From Enterobacter phage EspM4VN, in sequence record LC373201.2: a stretch of DNA of 64,000 nt; one strand, written 5' to 3'. Below, one piece after another: positions 55,861 to 64,000 of the stretch. The translations under genes and the position numbers were made by a program. How positions within the stretch are numbered: position 1 is the stretch's first letter; each line of letters opens with the position of its first letter. Below the pieces are notes generated by a model. It made no database searches. It saw nothing but the letters and a program-made list of their open reading frames with translations, and had not been told where the DNA came from.

Positions 55861-56329
55861 ACGCACCCCGATTGAGGAAGTGCAGCAGCATGTTCTGGAT
55901 CTGATGAAGCACACGGTGTCGGATGCAGATGGTAAAGTTCCTGATGAATTTGTCGGCGCGTTCGAACAAGTTGCTCTGGATACAGAGGGTGTTCCTTTGA
56001 TCCAGACTATCGGTGGCCTGCTGATGTTTGAAGAAAAGGCTCTGGCCGATGGCGCTGTTTTGTACTCTGCCAACATTGGCGTGGACGGTGAATCACTGTC
56101 TATCGAAGTGTGCAACTTGGCCAAGTACCTTCTGCAATGTGGCTATGACCTGCGTGTGGTGACAGCCCACTACATCGACCCACAGGGGCAGATCTCTTAC
56201 GGTGATGAAGGTCGCAAAGTGAAGCGTCACATTGAAACCTCATTCATCCTGCAGAGCATCCAGCAGATGCAGAAGAACCTGGACCACCCTGGCCTGATCC
56301 TGCCTGACAGTAAAATCATCACCCGTTAA
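55838..56329 (+). CDS. hypothetical protein (163 aa)
   Basis: ATG 55838 after GAGAAAGG. Confidence 0.45.
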   Translation: MQNETAIERTPIEEVQQHVLDLMKHTVSDADGKVPDEFVGAFEQVALDTEGVPLIQTIGGLLMFEEKALADGAVLYSANIGVDGESLSIEVCNLAKYLLQCGYDLRVVTAHYIDPQGQISYGDEGRKVKRHIETSFILQSIQQMQKNLDHPGLILPDSKIITR

Positions 56330-56368
56330 TCCGGCGTAAATACCCATAACACTACATGAAACTTCGTT

Positions 56369-56971
56369 ATGGGTATTTACATGAAATATTGCGGAATTGA
56401 CTACTCGTATGGTTGCCCATCCCTGTGCTTCTGGGATGACAAAGACCCTCTTGATTTTGACCATCTGCGCTTCTACGCGTATTACACCGTGGAGAAGTAC
56501 TGCACTCAGATTCGCCAGAACATCCTCATCATGAAGCAGCCGAAGTGGGACACTCCTGAGGAGCGCTTCTACAACATCTGTAAATGGGCTGAGGCCGTCC
56601 TGTTGACTGAGAAGCCGGATGCCATCACCCTTGAAGGGTATGCCATGGGCAACTCCAAGAACTCCAACAACATCTGTCAGACAGCGGAGAATACTTCCCT
56701 GTTGAAGCAGGTGCTGCGTCGTCACGGTTTCGACTTCCAGATCGTGTCACCGTCCCATGTGAAGAAGATGTTCACAGACAAAGGCAATGCTGATAAACTC
56801 GCCATGATCGCCCACTTCGAAGCCCTGTTCAATGTTAATATGCGCGGTATAATGGATATGTTGGAAGTTAAGGATCCCAAGCCGATCGATGACCTTGTAG
56901 ATGGGTTCGCGATCATGACCTGTGGTTCCTACTTCATTGAGAATAATCCAGACTTCAACAGAGGTGTATGA
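56369..56971 (+). CDS. RuvC/RNase H-fold Holliday-junction resolvase-like protein (tentative)
   Basis: MKYCGIDYSYG... start resembles RuvC/YqgF first-acidic-residue motif (GIDxG); alternative ATG 56381. Confidence 0.35.
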   Translation: MGIYMKYCGIDYSYGCPSLCFWDDKDPLDFDHLRFYAYYTVEKYCTQIRQNILIMKQPKWDTPEERFYNICKWAEAVLLTEKPDAITLEGYAMGNSKNSNNICQTAENTSLLKQVLRRHGFDFQIVSPSHVKKMFTDKGNADKLAMIAHFEALFNVNMRGIMDMLEVKDPKPIDDLVDGFAIMTCGSYFIENNPDFNRGV

Positions 56972-57511
56972 TGGTCGATTACTGGTTGTTGGCGAACTTC
57001 CTGACGTTCGCTTTGTTGTTAGTGGTTGTGTTGGTCTGGGTGAAGTCATTCTTCACTCTGATTCACGCGTATGTGTATCAGATCAACTTCTATACACTGT
57101 CGCCATATCGTGACACGAACGTCCGTGCCGATCAACAGGCCGAGGCCATACTCTCGTATCAGTTTATCCATATGCGTGACAAAATGATTAAGCGCGTTGT
57201 GTTTTCTACAGTGGCGTTGCTGGTTATCATTATGGTTCGTTTCGTACTGACAACTGTGGGGTGTTCCATGCCGTTGTATGATTATCAATGTCAAGGGTGT
57301 GGCGATACCAAAACTCTGCGGAAATCCATCGCCGACCGCCATGAACCAGAGTCCAACCCATGCGTAGAGTGTGGATCGGAAGTGAAGATGGTCATCTATG
57401 CCCCGAAGATTGTTTCTGGGTTAAGGGACCACAGTCTGCGCCGGACTCCTTCAAGGACGTTCTGCGCACGATCAAGAAGAGTTCTGGCAAGGGGAACACG
57501 ATCGATGTCTG
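56968..57511 (+). CDS. membrane protein with FmdB-type zinc ribbon; -1 frame break near 57413
   Basis: Two TM helices, then MPLYDYQCQGCG...CVECG (CxxC..CxxC); downstream frame turns Arg-rich; restoring one T in TTT at 57413-57415 gives ..IYAPKIVFWVKGPQSAPDSFKDVLRTIKKSSGKGNTIDV, the FmdB-family tail. Confidence 0.45.
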
Positions 57512-57750
57512 ATGATAAATCACCAGCACAGGTGCTGACAGCAGACTCCTTCTCAGAAGCCGTGTTGCTCCGCGCCGCCCGTACCAGGGAAACTATCCTT
57601 GAGACCCTCGTGGCTGTCTGTGAAGAAAACGACATAGACGAAACAAAGGTCAGAAAAATGATCACAGCACCTCTTCTGTCCCGACTGACAGCTGAGTGCT
57701 CCGATGCACGTTTGATCAAAGACGTGCTGAAGTCGAAGAAATTAGTGTAG
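57505..57750 (+). CDS. hypothetical protein (81 aa)
   Basis: ATG 57505 overlapping repaired upstream stop; MSDDKSPAQVL... Confidence 0.4.
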   Translation: MSDDKSPAQVLTADSFSEAVLLRAARTRETILETLVAVCEENDIDETKVRKMITAPLLSRLTAECSDARLIKDVLKSKKLV

Positions 57751-57757
57751 GTGTAAT

Positions 57758-57997
57758 ATGAGCAAAGAATCAATTTACAGCGCAATGAAAGCTGCGGAGT
57801 TCCTTCCAGGCTCTATGCGCTGGCGTGTGGGTAGCATCAACGAGAACGCCGATCAGACGGATCGTATTCGCTACGTCACCCCTGATGGTCGCTCATATGT
57901 TGTTGAGTACCACACCCACGACGAAGGCAAGAAGACGTTTTCGGACGTGTTCGACATTATTGAAATTGACCCAGCGAATCAAGTGCTTAAAGGTTAA
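57758..57997 (+). CDS. hypothetical protein (79 aa)
   Basis: ORF; followed by CGGGGTA hairpin. Confidence 0.45.
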   Translation: MSKESIYSAMKAAEFLPGSMRWRVGSINENADQTDRIRYVTPDGRSYVVEYHTHDEGKKTFSDVFDIIEIDPANQVLKG

Positions 57998-58095
57998 TTC
58001 AATGTAGTAACGGGGTATAATTACCCCGCTGTAAATTAAATTGACAATACATGTGACAGAATAGCCCTGAGGGCGGAAACAGAGGAATCAACAAA

Positions 58096-59142
58096 ATGGG
58101 TAATTTATTCGACCGTCTGAAGCAGTCCCGTGGTCAGCAGACCGATGCAATGCAAGCGCGTCTGGCTCAGCAAGGTCAAAAGTCCGGCTTCCAGAAGGAT
58201 CCTCGCATCTGGAAATGGACTTGGAACAAAGATGGTATCTCCCAGAACACCATCCGCTTCCTGCCAGTTCCGCTGGTAGACATCAAGGCACAGGATGAAG
58301 GTACGATCGATAAAGATCAGATCCTTACCCCGTGCGCCATGGTGATGAAGCATCAGTTCCAGGGACCTGGTGGTTGGTACATCGAAAACTCACCTCAGAC
58401 GTTCGGCAACGACGATCCGGTGCGCGACCATGACCGCCCGCTGTGGAAGCAGCAGAAAGATACAAACGATGACAAGCTGAAAGACGTGCTGAAGAAGCGT
58501 CTGCCAGACACCAAATACTACGCCAACATCCTGGTGATTGAAGATGTCAACGTACCGGAAAACAACGGCAAGGTCTTCCTGCTGGAGTTCGGTCCTGCCA
58601 TCCTGAAGATCCTAGACCAGGCGCAGAATCCTAAGTTCCCAACCGACCCTAAATTCGATCCGTACGATCTGTGGGAAGGTGCGAACCTGAATCTGAAGCT
58701 CTTCAGTGAGCAGAAGAAGTTCGGGAACTGGGAAGGTCCGGTGGCTAACTTCTCCAACGTGAGCTGGGCTGCGCCTGCGCCGTTGAGCGACGATGAAGCC
58801 TACATGGAAGACGTGTGGTCTCGTGAACACAGCCTGTTTGAATTCTTCAATCCGGCTAACTTCAAGAGCTACGAAGATCTGGAAAAACGTCTGCGTAAAG
58901 TTCTGGCGATCCCTGATGACCAGCCTCTGGTTGAGAACGGCGCGGCCACTATGGCTCATGCACCGACCAGCCAGACTGCAGGTCAACAACCAGTGAAGCA
59001 ACAGACTGCCCAGGATAGCCTGAACCAACAGCAGTCTCAGCAGTCTCAGTCTGCTGTAAATCAGCAGTCGGCGGCTCAGCAGCCGGATCCGAAAGGCACA
59101 GGGTCGATCGAAGACTTTGAAGCGTTCCTGAAGCAAAACTGA
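58096..59142 (+). CDS. 32: ssDNA-binding protein gp32
   Basis: YYANILVIEDVNVPENNGKVFLLEFG vs T4 gp32 [26 protein letters not shown]; acidic C-terminal tail; RBS GAGGAA. Confidence 0.8.
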   Translation: MGNLFDRLKQSRGQQTDAMQARLAQQGQKSGFQKDPRIWKWTWNKDGISQNTIRFLPVPLVDIKAQDEGTIDKDQILTPCAMVMKHQFQGPGGWYIENSPQTFGNDDPVRDHDRPLWKQQKDTNDDKLKDVLKKRLPDTKYYANILVIEDVNVPENNGKVFLLEFGPAILKILDQAQNPKFPTDPKFDPYDLWEGANLNLKLFSEQKKFGNWEGPVANFSNVSWAAPAPLSDDEAYMEDVWSREHSLFEFFNPANFKSYEDLEKRLRKVLAIPDDQPLVENGAATMAHAPTSQTAGQQPVKQQTAQDSLNQQQSQQSQSAVNQQSAAQQPDPKGTGSIEDFEAFLKQN

Positions 59143-59146
59143 TAAC

Positions 59147-59176
59147 AAAGCCCTCTTCGGAGGGCTTTTTATTTGC
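59147..59176. terminator. bidirectional rho-independent terminator
   Basis: AAAGCCCTC-TTCG-GAGGGCTTT with T-run on + strand and A-run upstream (T-run for the convergent minus gene ending at 59169). Confidence 0.65.
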
Positions 59177-60110
59177 CCATCACGTCTTGCAATATCCCCA
59201 ACAGGCTCGTCTTCTCCGCCGCCGTCAGGTTGTCATTGCCCATGATGTCACGAGAGATACCCACTGAGATGCGCTCGAAGTCCTGCAGGCTAATCCCAGC
59301 CAGATTGTTCACCAATTGGTCCAGCTGTTTGTAAGCCAAGAGAGCCTCGCCTGTGAAGTTCCCTTCTTTCACCTTGCGATAAAGCTGTCCGGCTTTGGAG
59401 GCCGCAGTTTCCCAATCGCCACTGGCAAGAGCATCAGCAATCCCAAGAGGAAGAAAATCGCTGGCAAGGCTGCGTGTTTCATATTCAGTCTCCGATAGCA
59501 CTTTGTTGTATGAGAATGTGACATTGTACTGGTTGAACTGGTCTGTTGCGCCCTTGTCAAGTTCGATTGTGCTGAAGTTGATCGGGTGGCTTCGACGATG
59601 TATACACGGTGAACAACCTGGTCTTCGGTATCCAGCTGCTCAATACAGATGTCTGTTACGAAGTCTTCGTAATAACCCATCTTGGTCGTGTACGGATCAA
59701 AGATCAGATTCTTCCATTTGTCCATTACAGACTTTTCGTAGTAATCATTGGCAAGCAGGAATGTCAGGTCCAGATCCACGTTCGATTTGTTGTTCGGCAT
59801 CTTGATGTGGTTGCCGTTGTTGTTCATGGGCGTGGTGTCGATACCGACCCCTGGCATTCCAGCAACCATACACATCATCTGGAGGAACGGGATGTCTGGT
59901 TTGTCCCTCCAAAGAAAGCGTTTACAATACGTGCAGACTGTTTGAACAGATCACCAAATGAAGAACTGGTGGAGTACGCCTTGCCGTCATTGGTGAGGGT
60001 TGCATTACTGTCAAACACGCCAGGAGGAAGTGGGATGGTGACCCGAAACCGTTCTTGCGTGAGATCCCACGCTGCAACAATTCAGTGATGAAATTGCGAT
60101 AGTCTTCCAC
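59169..60110 (-). pseudogene. minus-strand gene of unknown function split into three ORFs by two frame breaks
   Basis: ORFs 59922..60110, 59369..59878 and 59169..59501 (all minus) are consecutive with protein-like segments and junk-like tails; GTG start at 60110. Confidence 0.45.
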
Positions 60111-60164
60111 GATGAGGACTCCACTTAAATATGATATCTGTTGTTACTTATAAGGAGTTGACAA

Positions 60165-60865
60165 ATGGCAAAGAACTCAGCAGGCGAAGAAGATCCGTTG
60201 CTGTTTCCGGCCGAGATGGACGCCCCCGAGTTGGTGAAGCGCTACATCCGCAAATACCGTCAACACTTCGGTCCTGAGGCGAAGCGTAATATCCGCCGCT
60301 CTCATGTGTGGTTCATGGAGCGTGTGTCGAAGGATGCCAACCTGACACCAAACCACATGAAGCAGGCGTTCGCCGAGAACAAGCGCCCTGTGCAGGGTGT
60401 GCGTTATATGGTCGGGCGTATGTTCTACTTCAAATATGATGCTCTGACGAAGGATGAACTACCCTACTGGATATGTACCCTCTGGTGTTCTTCTTCAACT
60501 TTGCCAAGGGCGATGGTATCACCTTCGGAGAGAAGGGTGTGACATACCTCTGGGGATTGAACATGCACTACCTGCCACCGAAGCTCAGGCTGTTAGTGTT
60601 CGAAGATCTCATCAAGTTGCGCAACGAACGGGCGTACCGTTCAAAGACGCGCCTGAAGCTCACTTGGGATGCCCTGAAGCGGTTCGCTAACCACCCGCTG
60701 TACAATCACTGTGTGAAGCTGTACCGCGCCGACCGCTTCCGCACTCAGCTCTATGAGATTGAGCCGCAGTACTGGGAAGTTGTCCTCTTCATGCGCACGG
60801 CTCGCTTCCAGAAACAGAGTCAGATGTCTGTGTGGAAAGATGCACGACGCGTTCATAAGAAGTAA
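60165..60865 (+). CDS. hypothetical protein (about 233 aa) with frame break at 60468-60470
   Basis: ORFs 60165..60542 and 60473..60865 overlap; adding one G to TGG at 60468-60470 gives ..KDELPYWDMYPLVFFFNFAKGDG.. continuous. Confidence 0.5.
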
Positions 60866-60930
60866 TAGTTCTATAACCCGTTCCGAGGATAATTCGTGAA
60901 CGGGTAATCCTTCAACAATGAGGCTATATC

Positions 60931-61682
60931 ATGTCACAAATTTATCGTCTGTTCGGTCTGGAGTTCACGCCAGCCCGTCTTGAAATGAAACTCCCAAACT
61001 TTGAAAAGAGCGGGTTCGAAGTCGGTTGCGTTCTGGGTTCGATCGCAATGGCAGGTCTATCCGTGAACACAACATCTTTGACGTGCTGGGATTGAAACCA
61101 GACAGTGAAACAGCAATCCAGTTCGAAGAAGACATTCGTTTTGGTCATGCCGACCTGTACGATTATGTTCGCGACGTTATCGCTGGCTACGAGCATGCCA
61201 AAGCGCACATGAAGATGGCGACAGAGGCTTGTTTGAAGCTATCGCACTGTCTGTACTTCTTCGGCCGCAAACGTCAGGACTTCTGTATGCAATTCCCATC
61301 AGAAGTTCTCGCTCGCTTCTCTGAAACCGAATTCCTGGTGAAGCAGGCGGACGGCGTTGCTATCAAATCCAGCGACGTGTTCCAACATCCAGTCAATTTG
61401 GTTTCAGGTCATCTGCTGGTCGGGCGCGATCAGGTTGACCTGGCTATTCATCCGGATATGGAATACGACCAGAACTCTTGCCGTGCCATCCATAACTACA
61501 TTGGTGTCATCCTCGACACTCTGTATGCTGCGATGGAAGAAGTAATGGCCGCCGAGCAACAAGAAGAGGTCATTCGTCGTATCCGCGCAGACATCGAAGG
61601 GAAGGTGAAGCAGGACGTCCTGGGTCATAACCTCCCAGAGCACTGTCCCGAAGTTCCGAACTTCTATCTGGCCAAAGAATAA
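60931..61682 (+). CDS. hypothetical protein (about 250 aa) with frame break near 61046
   Basis: ATG 60931 after TIR-like motif gives MSQIYRLFGLEFTPARLEMKLPNFEKSGFEV then junk; adding one A at 61046-61047 joins it to ORF 61026..61682. Confidence 0.45.
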
Positions 61683-61749
61683 TTGGTTTTCAATATTGAC
61701 GTTGAAAGTTAATATTCACGCAAGTTCGCGCCCCGCTTGGCTGGGCGCT

Positions 61750-61778
61750 GTTTAACACGAAGGTGTTAACTTCTTTTC
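61750..61778 (+). terminator. rho-independent terminator
   Basis: TTAACAC-GAAG-GTGTTAA then CTTCTTTTC; preceded by a second hairpin GCGCC..GGCGC. Confidence 0.55.
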
Positions 61779-61789
61779 AATAAAAAGTG

Positions 61790-61818
61790 GTTTACATCTA
61801 TGAAAAATGCAGTATATT
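61790..61818 (+). promoter_or_regulatory. T4-type early promoter GTTTAC-N17-TATATT
   Basis: GTTTAC 61790-61795, TATATT 61813-61818. Confidence 0.55.
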
Positions 61819-61888
61819 ATGTTCTCACTACACGGTCAGAACAGCAATATGCCGCGAAGACGGTCTTAATAACGAAAGGGTTTTTATT

Positions 61889-62814
61889 ATGTCATATATT
61901 CTTCATGTAGAATCTGGTTCCAAATTTGATATTGAAGGCAAAGACGTTGCGGCTATCCAGGCTGAGATCAAGGCCGCAGGCCTGCTGATTGGCAACGTTA
62001 CCCTGCGCCGCATGGTTGAAGGTGCGCTTGAATCCGCTAACGGCTTCGAACTCATCGAAGGTCTGAGCGCTGAAGAGCAGGAAGAAACTCAGCAGGCTCT
62101 GGCGCAAGCCCAAGAGCAGGCCGATGCAACTGAAGCACTGAACGTAGCCGAAAACGTCGCTAACGATACCCCGATTTCTGCTGACGCAACTTCTGGTGTT
62201 GCTTCTGCTGGCGACGGCGTTGCTGACACCGATACTGGTGCCCAGGACGTGAAACCTGCTGAAGATGATCAGGCTGCCGACACTGGCACTTCTACCGCTT
62301 CATCCGATGCAATTAAAGACGCCGTGAATACTGCGCTGAAAGAAGGCGACCAGCCGTCTGACGCGAAGGTGGGTTCCCTGGCTTCCTCAATGCTGAAAGA
62401 AGCGGCGAAGGGCAAGACGTTGACGCCTATGCACCGCTGGAAGAGCGTAAGCGCCGCCACACCAAACGCGAAGAAATGGTTGACGCCGCTCGTGCGTCCG
62501 AGCACGGTGCTATCTTGGCCGCGATTGAAGCGGGTGTGGTTCCAGGCGTCTTCCTGAGCTATGTTAACCCTGACATGCGTTGGTTCCAGTTCCCTGTGAC
62601 CGAACTGGCGAACCCTGAAAACCTGCACGCCCGCACCAACACATACGTTGATGTCGCGCCTATCGTTTCTGGTGGTTGGGGCTTTAGTCTGTACGTGAAC
62701 GGCAAGTCTTTCACCAAACGCCAGAAGATCAAAGAGGCTGATGCCGAGTCTCTGGTCAAAGCAATCAACGCATGGTTGCCTCAGGCGCTGGCCGAAGCGA
62801 AAGCTGCTGCGTAA
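61889..62814 (+). CDS. acidic low-complexity protein (about 308 aa) with frame break near 62417
   Basis: ATG 61889 gives MSYILHVESGSKFDIEG... with a Glu/Asp/Ala/Gln-rich middle; frame switches to ..DVDAYAPLEERKRRHTKREEMVDAARASEHG.. ending at 62814; adding one G at 62416-62417 repairs it. Confidence 0.5.
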
Positions 62815-62868
62815 TTTAAGTTCAGAAGCTGTTCAATAGATGAAGGGCTGCTATAATAGCAGCTCCTT

Positions 62869-63564
62869 TTGTTTATCGGAGCAGTCTATGTCCTACTCCC
62901 TCAAGGGCTACTGAAGCGCCCCGTACACACATTTGTCAAGCCGCCTGTCGTAAAGGGATCTATCCGGCACGGGGGCAACTCTATTACGTCAAAGGCTCCA
63001 ACGGTAGTGGTAAATCAACCGTGCCTTCTCAGCTGGCGGAGAGGATCCTCGGGCATATGTCGTGACGCATGATGGCAAGATCATGTTGACCGTCTGCCCT
63101 TCGTTCAACGTCATCTGTGTCGGCAAATACGATAAATCGAACTCCAAAGGGTTGACACCCTGAAGGATACTGAACAAATGCTGTTTGCCCTGAGCATCGC
63201 CGATCTACCTGAATATCAGGTATACGATGTGATCTTTGAAGGCATCATCCCTTCAACTCTGCTGAGTTCCTGGATCCCCCGCCTGACGCGCCCACCGCGC
63301 GAACTGGTCGTGCTCTTCATGGACACGCCTCTTGAAACCTGCATCGCCCGTGTCAAATCACGCAACGGCGGCGCGGACTTCAATGAAAGTCTGGTGGTCG
63401 AGAAGTGGGAGCGCGTTCAGGACCACCGCCAGCGCCATAAGGGCTTGTTCCCTACGGTGGCCGCAGGTATGATGAAGTCTCACGGTCTAACAGTAGACCA
63501 GGCTGTAATGGCATTCCTCTGTCGTGATTTTGGGAGTATTGATGATGGAAATCAAAGCAATTAA
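62869..63564 (+). pseudogene. P-loop (PNK-like) kinase gene broken into at least three frames
   Basis: Walker A YYVKGSNGSGKSTVPSQLAERILG (cf. T4 PseT [22 protein letters not shown]); downstream ELVVLFMDTPLETCIARVKSRNGGADF vs T4 PNK [27 protein letters not shown]; pieces lie in three frames. Confidence 0.4.
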
Positions 63565-64000
63565 CAACAATGACATGCTGAAGCAGGCTGTCTTGGCTAT
63601 CCGTGAGCACGGAATTGAATCTGATCCTGGTAATGCGGAGATCAACACTGACGGCACTCGCTTCCTTGATGGCGTGACGATTACCGTCTCTGACATCCGC
63701 GATCGCTGGCTGTCTGTTGAAGGCGCAATTCATCAGCCATCGCCGCCATCGGCGAGACGTTCTGGGTTCTGTCTGGGCGCGATGATGTTCGCTTCCTGTC
63801 CCGCGTGTTACCCCGCGCCGCCAACTTTTCTGACAACGGTCACACATGGCGAGCCGCTTATGGTCCGCGTCTGTACGCCCATGGCCAGCTGGATAGCGTT
63901 ATCAACCGCCTGCGCAAGAACCCAAACACCCGCCAGGCGTACCTCACCATCTATGATCCGGCTCTGGATTCGGATGCTGGTCTGGCGAAGTTCAGCGAGA
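63542..64000 (+). CDS. thymidylate-synthase-family pyrimidine hydroxymethylase/TS (5' portion; frame break near 63730; truncated by window end)
   Basis: ATG 63542 after GGGAG; other frame reads ..GETFWVLSGRDDVRFLSRVLPRAANFSDNGHTWRAAYGPRLYAHGQLDSVINRLRKNPNTRQAYLTIYDP, matching TS/dCMP-HMase motifs (ELLWFLRG.., GPVYGFQWR, Q.D.V...L..NP.SRR). Confidence 0.55.
   Translation, partial: MMEIKAINNNDMLKQAVLAIREHGIESDPGNAEINTDGTRFLDGVTITVSDIRDRWLSVEGAIHQPSPPSARRSGFCLGAMMFASCPACYPAPPTFLTTVTHGEPLMVRVCTPMASWIALSTACARTQTPARRTSPSMIRLWIRMLVWRSSAR

Noticed and set aside
1-64000. tRNA genes, CRISPR arrays, integrase/transposase or other mobile elements
   Set aside because: No cloverleaf-compatible sequences (GTTC..A T-loop with acceptor pairing) were found in intergenic regions. 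There are no direct-repeat/spacer arrays and no recombinase motifs. The repeated elements are promoter/leader cassettes, not insertion sequences.

Overview
This 64-kb window is a densely coded segment of a large virulent T4-related myovirus, about 50% GC. More than 90% is coding and most genes are on the + strand. No tRNA, rRNA, CRISPR array, integrase or transposase was recognised.

T4 homologues recognised directly from the translations:
- replication: sliding clamp gp45, clamp loader gp44/gp62, translational repressor RegA, primase gp61, ssDNA-binding gp32
- recombination/repair: UvsY, UvsW helicase, gp47/gp46 (Mre11/Rad50-like), DenV
- transcription: late sigma gp55
- nucleotide metabolism: NrdA, NrdB, NrdC-like glutaredoxin, PhoH
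- structural/lysis: baseplate gp25, a gp5-like hub, an endolysin

Gene order is not that of T4:
- No DNA polymerase gene follows regA.
- Genes 55-47-46 are contiguous.
- Genes 25 and 5 are adjacent.
This is a distant T4 relative. An Ackermannviridae-like lineage is an inference only.

Accessory content:
- a PRPP-synthetase-like gene fused by start/stop overlap to a NAMPT-like gene, as in the NARP1 NAD+-reconstitution pair
- a 771-aa vWA-domain protein
- a phage HU
- a DinG/XPD-like Fe-S helicase
- RNase HI
- an ACP-like protein lacking the phosphopantetheine serine
- a cluster of Sec-signal proteins next to denV
- a secreted SLT-like transglycosylase
- a RuvC-like resolvase
- at the 3' end, a P-loop (PNK-like) kinase followed by a thymidylate-synthase-family hydroxymethylase, which is a candidate thymidine-hypermodification module
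- three large unknown genes sitting where T4 has gene 43

Regulatory landscape:
- repeated T4-type early promoters (TTTACT-N17-TATACT/TATTAT), including a duplicated cassette of about 100 bp
- TATAAATA late promoters
- many rho-independent terminators
- a conserved 24-nt translation-initiation motif (TTGAACTGAAGGAACTATATCATG) in front of at least 10 genes
- a family of CGGGGTA...TACCCCG hairpins

At least 13 genes are broken by single frame breaks. Almost every break is repaired by restoring one base in a 2-4-nt homopolymer. That pattern points to sequencing artefacts rather than biology, but it should be checked.
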